Shown here: piece by piece, positions 1-12,841 of the stretch
Position numbering within the stretch: position 1 is the first letter of the stretch
Layout: each line of letters begins with the position of its first letter
Source of the DNA: Neoconidiobolus thromboides FSU 785
Taxonomy: Eukaryota; Fungi; Entomophthoromycota
Direction of reading: 5' to 3'
Length of the DNA: 64,000 nucleotides
Assembly (NCBI GenBank): GCA_025603075.1
Contig: MU626267.1
Coordinates: forward strand, 1 to 64,000
The notes under the pieces: model-generated
What the model saw: only the letters and a program-made list of their open reading frames with translations
Told to the model about the DNA's origin: nothing
Databases searched by the model: none
Position numbers and translations under genes: made by a program

Positions 1-573
1 AAAACTTCGCTTAAAATTCTATAAAATCACATCTTTTATTAAAACAAAAGTACCCAAACACAGTTCTAAATCATTCTATTATAGCTCATACTGTAAGTTA
101 GTTGAATTTCTACTAGATCTTAAATACATGTTCTTATAAAGCTTAATTGAGAAATATTTATTATCAACTGCTTTATAACCAACATTGTAGATTTATTATC
201 AAATAAATAAACTATTTTAATGTTATAATTACATTATTAATATATTGCCAAGTTAATAAATAGCTGCATTGGAGGGAGTGGTTAGCCCCAAAACTATAAT
301 TAACCATCCCCATATAGTACGAATAATATAATAATAGTTTTTACATATTGTTATAATTACTTGTTCTTTGACTATTTATTAACTTAATTATTAATAACTT
401 AAGCAATATAACATTTAGTAATCTATTTCTATCATTTAACAAACTACTTGCTTAGTAAATATAGAAAAATTTAAATTCTCTGTTATTTTCATAAGATAAG
501 CTAGGATTGATCTTTTAATTTTTCTATTTTCTATAGACTCTATAACTTTAATTGGAACTATATCGCTTTTTTT

Positions 574-1434
574 TTATGTATCAGATACTGGATAACAATG
601 TAGTTTATTCTTATGTTTAATAAAATGCAAATACTTCTTAATGCCTTCTATTTCTATTATTCTTTTATTTTTGTTTTTTTCATACTTTTTAAAAATTATA
701 TCTGTTTTCGCATTATTAACAGTCGAGTTATTAATTTTATTGTGCTCGCAAATAAAAGCCTTGAATCTTGAGATTAATCGATTAATGTCTTCTATTTTAC
801 CTAACGCTTCAAAACTACTTTTCCATTTTGAAAGGTTTCCAAAATGTCCATCAACTATACTTTTTCCATGATACTCAGCAAAAAAATTAAGATTGACATT
901 CAAACTACTATTTATTTTAGGATTTCTTTAAATATATGGGGATGTATTTTTGTGTTTAAGAATTTTACTAACGAATTTTCCGCTTAAATAGTGCTTGAAA
1001 AATGGAAAAAATAATGAAGTCAAAAAAAACACTCCCATATAATGTAGGAATTCTTGGGATCTAAAATGATTTCCTGTATCTGCCCATATATTAATTTTTG
1101 TAAACTTTTTAAATAAAAGCTCTGTAGAGACTAAATCGATTAAACAACCTCCTGCATATCCTGAATCATGATTTAATATTTCAGATAAATAATCAAGGTA
1201 AACTTTGGCTATTGTTTTATGATCTTTTAAATATAAAACACCAAAACCTAATACTGATATAGCTTGTTTATTATAATGATCTAGATTTATTGAATCTGGT
1301 CTTGTTCCTATTTCCATATTTTGTTTAAAATCTAAAACTATTATACAACTTTTATTATTTAATTTTTTAATAGTTTCATTAAATGTGTTTTTTTGAGTAT
1401 CAACACAGAATTTATGTAATGTGAAATCTGATAC
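574..1434 (-). pseudogene. Sola2-like DDD transposase relic, split by a MITE insertion and a 1-nt frameshift
   Basis: The frame is open from 1434 (upstream of the listed ORF at 1317): ...LHKFCVDTQKNTFNETIKKLNNKSCIIVLDFKQN...INIWADTGNHFRSQEFLHY | MITE 938-1036 | ...NLNFFAEYHGKSIVDGHFGNLSKW. The three acidic motifs (DFKQN, WADTGNHF, HGKSIVDG) match my recollection of the Sola2 DFxEN / SDGxxxQ(H)FK / HGKxxxDG pattern. Confidence 0.75.
938..1036 (+). mobile_element. ~99-bp MITE copy, inside the transposase relic
   Basis: GGGGATGTATTTTT...AAAAAAAACACTCCC, flanked by ATAT/ATAT. Confidence 0.9.
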
Positions 1435-2010
1435 TCAGTGTTTAAAGTCAAAAACAGCTATTGCTTGGTTAACTACGCTATGAGCCGAAAGGTCTTACTT
1501 TATGTGACTAAGATAGACTTGAATTATGAAGAGTAGCACGTAATAGGCTACGGACTATGTAAGATAAATAAAGTAGACAATACTACTGTAAAATCTATGT
1601 AAACTAGTATTAAGAAAATTTAGTGGCTTTATTAAAGACACGATACCAGGGAATAATTCAGTTAAAAAGCTTCGAGCTACTATGTTTTAGAATCTCTTTT
1701 ATACTCTAACAAGTATGAATATTAGAATGAGAAGATAATGGTTTTTGAGATGAAGCTAAAAATTCTCATAGCAAATCAAACTAAGAGTGTGGGGTTAATT
1801 GTCTCTAAAATCGAGAACACATCAGTTTAGATGATTATTATGCTATACTAATCATGGGGCTGACAAAGCGATATTTCACATGATATAAATTATAATAAAA
1901 TAATTTAAGACTGTGTTGGGTATTTTTGGTTTTTGATAAAGAACTTGTTTTGAATATAAAATATTTATAAATTGGATAAAGAAATAAAGCCAGTTTCGAC
2001 ATCTCCATAT

Positions 2011-2107
2011 GGGGATGTTTTTTCTAGATTTATCACTTTTTCCATCTTAAGCACTATTTGAGTGAAAAAATTGTTAGTAAAATTGTTAAATACAAAAATA
2101 CATCTCC
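2011..2107 (-). mobile_element. MITE copy
   Basis: Reverse orientation; ATAT/ATAT flanks. Confidence 0.88.
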
Positions 2108-2643
2108 ATATGGCATTTACTTAATAAGATCCAGTAAAAAGTGAACTAAATTTAAAAGTATATCCTCAGGATTTAATTTATTTATTCTGAAGAACCCAAT
2201 ATAATATATACGTTTGATTTGACATTCCTATATGATTTTGTTGCAACAACAACTCGTTATACAATTTTAGATTGTTTGATCTAACAAAAGCTCTCAACTT
2301 TTTATGTAGTAATTATCTAAATGTGAAGATATTATATAATGAAAAAATTGTCCAAAGTATAGCATATTAGAAAACAATAAATGAGATATGTGGATAAATT
2401 CATACTAAAAGATTATTAAATAATGTTCTCAAATTCAACTAGGAGTAACAACAGTATTTAATATACCCTGTGATATTAAATAGGGAATTCTATTTAAATT
2501 ATGTATTGCTAAGACTTAGGAAAATATAGTGCCTAAAATAGAATTTAATAATTTTGAGTTTGATAACACTAATGTTTCACTGTATTTCCAAAACTCATGC
2601 AACTAGAGGAGTGAGATACTCAAACACAGTGCCAATATAATAT

Positions 2644-2741
2644 GGGGATGTATTTTTGTGTTTAAGAATTTTACTAATAATCTTTCCACGCAAATAGCGC
2701 TTAAAAGATGGAAAAGTAATAAAGCCAGAAAAAACACTCCC
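2644..2741 (+). mobile_element. MITE copy
   Basis: GGGGATG...CACTCCC; ATAT/ATAT flanks. Confidence 0.9.
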
Positions 2742-2747
2742 ATATAT

Positions 2748-2841
2748 AGGGATGTATTTTTTCATTTAAGAATTTTACTAACGATCTTTCCACTTAAGTA
2801 GCGCTTAAAAAATGGAAAAGTAATGTAATAAAAAAAATCCT
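2748..2841 (+). mobile_element. MITE copy, tandem to the previous one
   Basis: Starts 6 bp after the previous copy; slightly eroded ends; ATAT/ATAT flanks. Confidence 0.85.
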
Positions 2842-2889
2842 ATATAGCAATATTTTACATGCAACAAAAATCAGAAATCCAATTTAAAT

Positions 2890-4207
2890 CTACCCAATAA
2901 ATTCATTAATAAAATTGGACCATTTATTAAACACGCTAAATATTAAGTTGAATTCCGGAAATTACAAATCATCTTCTATCTGATAAATCCTACAATAAAA
3001 TCCTAAACCTTCTTTGTCACAATAGAACCAAGATAGATGACTTGAATTTCACCCTTCACAAACTTCTTATTAGATTTATATCATTAATTCATTACTATAA
3101 TTTTAATCAATATAGCTCTTACTGTTGACAGGAAAATGTTACCTAAGCAGGGAGCTAGCTTAATATAGAAAGAATTTAAAAATAAGTTTCTTCTTTCACA
3201 ATTGGCTTTAACTACATTAGTCAATCCCGATTGCCTATACATACTATAAGATATGCTTAATTTTTGTAATCGGACAATGGATTAAGCCCATTTTATTTTC
3301 AAAACTTGTATTTAACTTATTTCCCATTCGAAAGCACTATCCATATTTGCTACTTAAAACAGTAAGTACATTCTCGTATTTCAATATATAATAGTATCAC
3401 CCACACCTATGATACTTCGAGGCATAAACAATAAGCTCCCTGCTATCTTGTGAAAAATCAACTACGCCAATGAATTGTCTTGTATTTTTTGCACAGTTTT
3501 TCAATATAAAATAAGCTAGTTTTCTAGTTTCCTGTCAATTAATATCTTAAGGTTGGTATCTCTTTCTGTATTATATATAAATACAATTTTTCTCTATTAG
3601 GCTGGAATTCTTAGAAATAACATATAATTTATTTATATGTTAATATTACAACAAATGAAATAAGCATATTAATTACCTTACATACTTTTTATAGCCCCTT
3701 TATTACTATTTACATCACTGTTACCATCAATTATTGGTTATTACAAAAGCTTAAGTTAACTTAGTATTATTTTTCTCCTTCCACTTTAATATTTTTTATT
3801 AATACTTCAACTCTCTGTCATTTTTGACGAGCCCTATCCGTTACTATCTTTCGCTTTTCTAAAAATTGATAAAACTTCCTCAATTTTTCTATTTCTTTCA
3901 TTTGTCTTCTTAATTTTATCACTGTCATCCTCATTAGTTGATTGTTTTTTCTTTTTGTTAAACTAAAGAATAAATAATTTTGCCTAAAGAAAATTTATCC
4001 TTACCCTTCAATGATTTTATCCCTTTCTTCACCATTTTTTTCGTCTACATGCAAATAGCATCTCCGTCCTTCCAGTACATACGGGATTTTATCAATATTT
4101 ATAGTTATCTAAAGCCCGCATTCTCTAATCCCATAAAGCTTTACCAAGGTATCCCGATCATTTTTTACTTTTATCATGATATCTTTTTCTGTCCCGTCTT
4201 CCATCAT
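2890..4207 (-). pseudogene. Decayed copy A of an unrecognised intron-containing gene family
   Basis: Collinear nucleotide and peptide similarity to 11353-12712 and 14715-16075 (e.g. MMEDGTEKDIMIKVKNDRDTL, GLIHCPITK, HLSWFYCDKEGL); multiple stops and frameshifts. Confidence 0.7.
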
Positions 4208-5630
4208 GCTTAAGTTGATAATATTGCTATTTCATTAAAGTAAGCAATAAAATCTTTTGGTTTTTATAAAATTATGTAAATTATAATGTTTCTTAAAATG
4301 GTGCGTTTTATTGGTTAATTGAATATCGCAGAATGTAAACTAGGAGTGTGTTTTATTATCATTGTTTAAACTATAATTTGTATTATTGTTATTAGTATAA
4401 TGGCAGTTTTTTTGATATGAATTTTAAGCCAATAGGTTTTTTTAAACAAGATTAATTTGTATTACTAAAGTTTGAATTTTTTTTGGAAATTTGTTACTCA
4501 AAAAATAAAATAAAAATAACTTAAACAATTATATAATAATATAAATATTAAAATTTCTTTAAGTATCATAATACCTACAAAAGCAACAGTTCTATATAAA
4601 ATGAAAATATAAGTAAAAGATAAAAATACTTTTTTTTAGCTATGTCATCAACAAACAGTTAGGAATAAACAATTTAATTATAACATTATAAAAAATACAA
4701 AACCATATTAATACGAAAAACTTAGCTATGCTCTTAAAACTGGTTTTAAAATAAAACAACAATTTTACATATTTATTATTTTAAATATTAGATTAAATTA
4801 AATACACATGGATCAACAATTTCAATTTAATTTTTGAACCTATTAAACTATAGCGGGTTTTAAGCAATTATACTTATTTTTTACAATTTCAACCTAAAAA
4901 GTAATCTTGTAATTTGTAATTAGATTTTGAAATTTAGTGCTAGTTATAGTTATTTTATATAATCTCATCCGATTTGAATTTTTTTTTGAGCACTGAAATT
5001 AAGCAAGCTTAATTATTGTAAATTAAATTAAATCAAATCTACTAGCAATGGATAGTAATAATAGCATTAAATAGATTATATTTGATAAAGTATGCAGTTT
5101 TATTATCATATCTGAATTAAAATGTAATAAATACTTTTTAAGTGCTTTACAAAAACCATTGTAATAAGTTAAATATTTTTGTTCTAATATTTGTTTATGT
5201 TCAATCTCTTAAACCATAAGTACTAATAAAATAAAAAATGCTGCAGCTTATTTCCTATTAAAATTTACTGGCAAAGTTTGAAATTAACCATAGTCCCTCA
5301 AAAAAAGTCAAATTTAGTAAAATCGGAAATAATTGCCACCACCTTTAAACGAAAAATGGCTTAAAATTTTGTTTCAAATAAAGCTGGAATCATAGAAAAT
5401 AGTTAACTTTAGCTCAAAGTTTTTAAACCGAAACCCAGATGTCATAGGCCTAAATAGGTGTCAAAAAATAATTCCAAGCCACAAGAAATAATATAATTTG
5501 CCTAGAATCTGTTATAATACAATGAACAAGATGGTGGCTTTATAAATGAATTTATAAAATAAAAATCAGACGAAAAATTCAATCAAATAAAAACAAGATA
5601 TATCTATTAGTTATCTATTTATTTTATTGT

Positions 5631-6380
5631 TTATAAATTTAAATATTTTTTCACCATAAACCAAGTTTGGGTAGAAGGTAAATAAAACTTACCGTTCAAT
5701 ATATACTCCTCTAACTCTTCTAAAGTAATGTTTTCAATAATTTTAATATATTCTTCATAATCTAATTCCCTTTCGTTTTCTTTTTTACTTAATATTGGAT
5801 CTATCAACAAATAGGGATAGAATTTATTAGTACCCCATTTAATTTCTAAGATGCCTTCACTTTCCTTTCCTATATTTCTCTTCTCATTATTAAAATAATC
5901 CAATAAATTAACCAACTTCCCATCCGAATACCCTACTTCTTCTAATACCTCTGCTTTTACACATGCATCTATATCCAAATGTTTTTTATTGTCGAAACCA
6001 CCGGATACAAAACCAAACAATAGATTATTATTACCTTGAGAATATTCTTGAATTAAAGTAAAGGTCTTTGTAGCTGAATGATAAACACAACATACAATAA
6101 ATTGATGCTTGAGATTATGACCTACAATATCGTAATCTATAATTTTATTTTGTTTAGGGAAGTGAACGGTTTGAGAATAGAGCTTTAAATAACGGGAGTA
6201 TTGAAGAGATTGTGAGACAATTTGAAAGTCTTCATCAAAGGAACTGATGTTGTTGGTTGCAGATTTATGCGTTGAAGGGCCCATACCTTTAGCAATAATT
6301 GAATAAGATAAAGTTGATAGTAAATCAAAGTAATTGAAGTTGAATTGTGACATTAAATTGATTTTCTTTGATGACATCAT
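5631..6380 (-). CDS. NUDIX hydrolase family protein
   Basis: Variant Nudix box GGFDNKKHLDIDACVKAEVLEEVG and C-terminal LDYEEYI; first ATG at 6380. Confidence 0.8.
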   Translation of the reverse strand: MMSSKKINLMSQFNFNYFDLLSTLSYSIIAKGMGPSTHKSATNNISSFDEDFQIVSQSLQYSRYLKLYSQTVHFPKQNKIIDYDIVGHNLKHQFIVCCVYHSATKTFTLIQEYSQGNNNLLFGFVSGGFDNKKHLDIDACVKAEVLEEVGYSDGKLVNLLDYFNNEKRNIGKESEGILEIKWGTNKFYPYLLIDPILSKKENERELDYEEYIKIIENITLEELEEYILNGKFYLPSTQTWFMVKKYLNL

Positions 6381-6552
6381 CAATTCTCAATCCATATAAT
6401 GTTAATATTTTCATTTGTTAATTGTTAGATGAATATGATATTCTAGAAACATAAAGTAAACAGTAAACTGGTAAAATACAAATAATTCAAGAAGCTATTT
6501 ATTTCTATTATTACTTTTATTTCAACTTTTACATTATTACATATATTTATTA

Positions 6553-7527
6553 TTATTCATCATGATCCGCCCTTAATTTACCATAGCAATTATCTATCAT
6601 ATCTTTTTCATCATTAAATTGTATACCGCAATAAATACAATAATAGTAAGTATCTCTTAAATAGTCTATTAGCTTTAATAACATTTCCTCTATCTATATA
6701 AATGCATTTATTGGATATTATTCATGTAAATAAACATTAAATAATAAACTTACGCTATCGTCTTCCATTTCAATTTCCATTAATTCTCCCATTTCATTAA
6801 AAAAAGGTAACCATAGTGGGTTTGAACGAATACTCTACATAAATTACGTTGAAATAATAAATAAGAACAAAATAAAATAAAATAAAAACTTACACTATCT
6901 TCATCCAATTGTCTAGTAGTATTTAAACATTTGATCAAATCAATTAATAACGTCTTCTTTTCAAACCTTTTTTTTTGAATTTTCTTATAACTTTCATTTT
7001 GTTTCGTTTCCATTTTCATTATCGTATCTCTTTTTTCTTTTAATTTTTCTAACTCATAAGATACCAGTCCTAGCCCCTTATTATCTACAGAAAGCATAAT
7101 AATGTATTAGTTATTTAGGATTATTGTTAGTAATCTATATTGAGATTTACCTCCTTTCAATTCAATTTTTACGGGGGCTGTTGTTTTTTCTGGACTAAAA
7201 TAAAAAAGATACATTAAAATCAATCCTTTCTTTACATGTATAAAAGAGAAAAACTTACTTAAACCCCATCTTTTGAAGTAACTTAAAACCAACATTATCT
7301 TTTTTAATCGGTTCATTTAGTTTTTCTAGTAACTGTTCTTTAGCTTCATTAGCGTTGACATGCTTTGTAACAACTGGTTTGCTTTTTTTGGTTATTTTTT
7401 TATTATATTTTTCTTTTTCTTTAACTATTTTGTTATGTTCTTCTTCTAATTTATATAAATCTAAACTCATATAGTCTTCTTCTTCGGAGGATTCCATTTC
7501 TTCTGTCTCTATTCTTCGTTTACTCAT
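6553..7527 (-). CDS. GPATCH11: G-patch domain protein, GPATCH11-like (multi-exon)
   Basis: N-terminal EEDYMS; G-patch NVGFKLLQKMGFK...KGLG split by introns; last exon YLRDTYYYCIYCGIQFNDEKDMIDNCYGKLRADHDE* (DUF4187-like). Confidence 0.8.
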
Positions 7528-7761
7528 TGAAAATTATTGAAATATTTTGATGATAAAATTAAACTTAGTAAATTTATCAATAAACTTGATTTATCAAAAT
7601 TGAGTGATTAAATTGATTGGTTCAAACCTTAAAATCTCCCCATCTTTTTATGAATATTTAAATTAGTCAATATTTAAACCATCCATATTTATACTTGCTT
7701 ATAAAATTTATTTTCTTTTTTAATTTATTTCAATACAACACAACACAACACCCTTTATAAA

Positions 7762-8837
7762 ATGGAAATTTTGATATTATTAGGTTTATCTATAGGTAAA
7801 TATTACTGCTCTTTCTCTCCATTTTCATAAAACAATCATTAATCTTCCAAACAGGTATGTTTTTAGGAGCATTATTAGGTGGTTATATCCCTTTGATGTT
7901 TAATTTTAGCTCTAACAAATTGCGTTTAATAACTTGTTTTGGTACTGGCTTACTAATCGGTTGTTCATTAATAATAATTTTACCTGAAGGCATAGAAACC
8001 ATTAATAAAGCTCAATTAAATCTTAATAATAAAGATACAACAAAAATATTGTCTTTATTGGAGAATAATAACACTAACAATGATAATCCGATGGAAGATA
8101 ATAATAAGAATGAGACCACTGGTATAAACAATAACACAGTAAAAGATTTCAATATTATTAAAAGAAGCGAAGCAGAAGAAGATAACAATATAAAGATGGA
8201 TCATAAGTTAATAGGTTTAGCATTAATCTCTGGGTTTAGTGTTATGTTCTTAATTGATAGTTACTTGGGCACACACTCTCATTCTATTTCCGATTCGCAT
8301 ATTGGAGTACCACAAGAATTGCGACCATCAATAGAAGAAAATCTCCGGCCACTTGAAGAAGATTTAGAATCAACACAAAACCCTCTAACAGCTTTATTTG
8401 GTTTGTTGATTCACTCAGCAGCAGACGGTATTGCACTTGGAGCAGCTAGTATAATTGAACAAAAAAGTTTAGAATTGATATTATTTATTGCTATTTTATT
8501 ACACAAACTACCAGCTGCTTTTGGATTATCGACAATTTTGTTACAAAAAAAAGTGAAAACAAAGAAGATTATTCCTTGTTTGTTATTGTTTGCCGCAGCC
8601 GCTCCGATAGCTTGTTTAATTACTTATGGATTATTACATGTGTTCCAAGTACAAGATTTAAAGTTGTTGTTTCTTTTTACTGGCTTTTTGTTATTGTTTT
8701 CTGCAGGTACTTTTTTATATGTAGCTATTATTCATTCTCTTAATGAAGTAACTCATGATACTCAATTATCTCATATGGAAATCTTTTGTATATTATTAGC
8801 CATGTTCTTTCCATTAGTATTACCTTTGGATGATTAA
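7762..8837 (+). CDS. ZIP-family Zn/Mn transporter (ZIP9/ATX2-like), 2 exons
   Basis: Exon 1 at 7762-7795 is spliced to 7855; motifs GLLIHSAADGIALG, LHKLPAAFGL, FSAGTFLYVA; His-rich loop. Confidence 0.9.
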
Positions 8838-8973
8838 TTTGGAATTAAGTTGGTGTATTAATAGAATAAGTAATAGTAATAAAATTAAAAAAAGTAAAAA
8901 TAGTTTAATTTTTTTATTTTTAGTAATAAAAATTCTATAACCTTATAATACTACTAACGACTATTCTTCTTAT

Positions 8974-10294
8974 TCACATCTCTTTAAATACATTTTTAGC
9001 TAATTTAAGTTGAATACTATCATGCTCAAAATCAAAATCTTTATTCAAAAAATTATCCATATCACTAAATGTATTTGATTGATTTAATCCTTCAATATGT
9101 TTCCAATGCTCTTGATGATTTTGATTATGATTTTGATTATTTTCCAAAATATTTGTATTATTTTCACTAGCATTTAAACCATAAGCTTGACCAAGGTTGG
9201 CCAATTCATTAAAAGATTGATTCAATGCTAAATTGTTACTATCTTGTAAATTAAATTCGTCATAATTCATTTCCATGTCTTCTTCTTTAAATGTAAATAG
9301 ATTGCGGAAACTATTATCCATCACTGATGTATTATTATGTTGATTATTCCCAACATGTTCATCTTCAGGTATTGTATCATAAAGATTTTGATTCATATTA
9401 TTAGGGAAAGCATCAAACATATCTTGGCTTATAACATCATTAAGTACACTATTAAATATATTTTGATTTAAATCGTGATTAGGAATAGCACCAAAAATAT
9501 CTTCATTTAAATGGAGATTAGGAACCATATCAAACGTACCCTCAGTTAGATTATCATTAGGAACCGTATCAACTAAATTCTCATTTACATTCTCATTAGG
9601 AACTGTAAATTGATTTTGAGCCTTTTTAGGAATTTCATTTGATTGTAAAGGTTCTGGAGAAGGTATAATTTCAAAATTACCCTTTGATAAATTATCATAT
9701 CTACTTTTAAATGGATTTGGGCTACTTTGTTGACATTCCATATCATGCTCATTATGAAATTGTTCAAATTCTTTTTCTTCATCAATAGCAAAATTATCCA
9801 ATTGTTTCTTTTGTACTTCTTCTTGGACATCAAACTCTTTTTCTTTAATTCTAGCTTGTTTTTCTTTCCATAACTTATCAATATCTGGAATCTCACGTAA
9901 TTGATACTGTTTTAAATCGATATCTAATTTGGGCAACTCCACCATTTGATATCGCTTGAATTTTTTTAATATTTTTTCTTTGTCTTTTTGATCAATCTTG
10001 GGCTCTTTTTTAATACTACCTTTTTTACTCTTTTTATATAATTCAGGATGCTTTAATACTTTCACTTTTTTAGGTAATCGAATAACGTGAGTCGCTACAT
10101 TTTTTTGATCTAAGGGGTAGACACACTAAAAAGAAATAAAAATTTAAAGGTTAGATATCAGTTTATATTGAAAAAAATAGAGTTACCTTTTCGTCGGGGC
10201 ATAGTAATATCATCTTATCTAGATTGATCCATTCCAATTTCAACTTCGATTGACATTTAGGACAACATTTTTCACTAGGCTTTGTAGAAGACAT
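8974..10294 (-). CDS. Protein with an N-terminal C4 Zn-finger (CPKC...LLCPDEKCVYPL) and a long acidic/Asn-rich low-complexity region; 2 exons
   Basis: Exon 1 at 10294-10187 (36 codons); GT-AG intron; exon 2 at 10125-8974, in frame with the listed ORF. Confidence 0.75.
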
Positions 10295-11352
10295 GGCTTA
10301 ATTAATTTTATTTTTTTAAATTAATAAATAATATGAATTACTATTATTAGAATTTAAAAAAAAGTATTCAATGAACTTGTTAAGAAAAAATCAGCAGTAA
10401 ATACATTTTAATTACCCAATGAAAGAACAACTATTCTATCTGTAGATAGCGATAGCCAATAAAATTGGAAAGATTCCATGGATTAAAATCGATTCAATCC
10501 TTAACTTGAAAGCTTTCCTTAGAATTTTTAAAATTTGAAGCCTATTTTATCACATCGGTATGTCACAAGTACCCCCTTCTTCCGAATCTCTAGCTTACGC
10601 TTACCTAATACAGCTTTTGTTCTCTTACTGCCAACATTGCTCAAGTCCATGCATTAAACCATCATCAACCAATCAATCATTAGCTTTCACAACCAGCTGA
10701 ATTTTTTGATATTATTTTATTGTGGGATGAAAATGCAAATTAACTATCAAACTTTAGGCATTTATTCAATCGAAAAAAGTCAAAATTGTAGCGCTTACTG
10801 GATTTGCAATCCTAGATAGATTATTCAAAAAAAGCGAACAATCTGAGTTAAATTTTCTTGATAATTAAATCTAGTGAAAAAAAACTGCAATGTAAATTAA
10901 TTTAATCATGGTGAAGATCCTTTTGATTTAGTTAGGATATTTAATTTTTGTTCGCATTTTGATTTAATCATTATTAAGAAAATTTAGTCTAACCTATTGA
11001 CTTTTCCGAGATAACAGATAGGGTTGGAAACCCTGTAGATAAATCCAAGTTTTATATAAAATATAACAAGATTAATTTAAAAAAACCATGCATTAGCTTG
11101 CAGGGCGAGCCAAACATGATACTGATATATTAATAGTAATACAAGCAGTAAACATTGTATTCTAAAGTTCAACTTTTTTTATACCATCTTTCAAACAATA
11201 GGAACATCAGGAATGTACTTCCATCTCACACCCTTTTTTGCCCAAAAAATAGCCCAATAAAATGCGCTTACTTATAACCATATTAAAATCTTACTATTAA
11301 AAAAAATCATTTTATGACTTGATCTTATAGAAATCAATTCATCAGTTTAAAA

Positions 11353-12712
11353 ATGTTAGGTGATGAGGCAGAAAAGAGTGTTATAGTAGTAGTAAAGAAT
11401 AAACAAGATACCTTGATAAAATTTTGTGATCCTAAAGATTGTGAGCTTTGAAAAGCTATTCAAATAAGTAAAGTACCTTATTAGTCGGAGAGATGGAGAT
11501 GTTATTTACATGTGAATGAAAATGACAACAAAATGATTGGGGGGTAAAGATGATTTTTCGACTTTAGGATTTTTATTTATACTCTGATTTAACAGGGAGA
11601 AAGACAATCAGTAGATGAAAATAAAGGGTTGAAGCTGAGAGAAAGTATCATAAAGGATAGTCTTTTAAAACAATTAAGGTAAGTACAATTGTATAATTTG
11701 AATAACGTTTTATCTGATTGCTTAGGAAGGGGATAGAAGCTAATCGACATTTCATATCAAAAAAAAGCTAAGAACTCTAATTCTAACAAAGACGAGATTA
11801 AAGTGAAAGAAGAAGAAGGGTATGAATAATTTGATTAAAATTTCAAAAATAATTAGCAATCAATAGTAATGATGGTACAAAAAGAAATGACGCAACTTCA
11901 GAAAAGACACAAGGTAATTAACGTATTTAGTTTGTTTATTATAATACTAATATAGGATTAGAACTATGTACTACTTCTAATGATTTTAATTTATGTGACA
12001 ATCATCCTAGTCTCAAAAAGAGCATGGGTAAGGATAGTAAAGTTGAAGTTTTAATTGAAGAAGAATTATCAGCTCAAATCGTGTTTTATCTAAAAAACGG
12101 CAAAAAAGATACGACATTTCATTAGGTCGTTTGATTATTCACAAAAGGACACAGGCAATTTATACATTTATGCTTCAGAATATCATAGGTAATAGACACA
12201 ATATTATAACAATATGTCGAATGGATTGTTTTAGCTATTTTTAATAGTAAACATGGACAATATTTTAGAGTAGGAAACAAATTGGATACAAGTCTTACAA
12301 ACGCAATGAATTTAATCCATTGTCCAATAATAAAGAAACTGAATACAACTAAGTGTCTATATAAGCAATCACAATTGAGTAATGTCATTAAAATCAGATG
12401 CGAAAGAAAAGATTTATTATCAAATTTACTACAGATGGAATTAGCCGCATATTTTCATAACATTGTACAACAAACAGTAAATATTATATTAGAGTCTTAC
12501 TAGAATGATATTAATGGTTTATATAAAAGGATGTGTGTAAAGGTAGTGGTTCAGCTCATCTATATTGGTTCCATTGTAGTAAAGAAGATTTAGCTTAGAA
12601 TTACAAATTTTATCAATTAGAAAAGGATGTGGATATATCCAGGATTAAATTTGGCACTTAATGTGGCTAAAAAATGGGTAGATTTTATTGGTGAAATGAA
12701 TAAATCAATTTA
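11353..12712 (+). pseudogene. Decayed copy B of the unrecognised gene family
   Basis: MLGDEAEKSVIVVVKNKQDTL...CYLHVNE; intron-like GTAAAG...TTTAACAG; HGQYFRVGNKL, LIHCPII, HLYWFHCSKEDLA; several stops. Confidence 0.7.
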
Positions 12713-12744
12713 AATACTTTTCATAAGTTTTAAATTTGTTATAT

Positions 12745-12841
12745 GGAATATATTTTTGTGTTTAAGAATTTTACTAACAAATTTTCCGCTCAAATAGTGC
12801 TTAAAAAAATGGAAAAAGTAATGAAGTCAAAAAACACCCCT
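12745..12841 (+). mobile_element. MITE copy
   Basis: Consensus internal sequence; ATAT/ATAT flanks. Confidence 0.85.

Noticed and set aside
274-311. Short GGG...CCCC inverted-end elements at 274-311, 41945-41980 and 45091-45165
   Set aside because: They have similar termini to the MITE but different interiors, mismatched flanks and single copies; too weak to call a second family
641-871. Antisense or overlapping short ORFs (641, 9585, 20031, 20360, 28398, 34768, 38929, 39886, 39923, 40691, 43460, 49939, 50344, 59683, 59879)
   Set aside because: They are shadows of real genes on the other strand or frame, with no independent motifs
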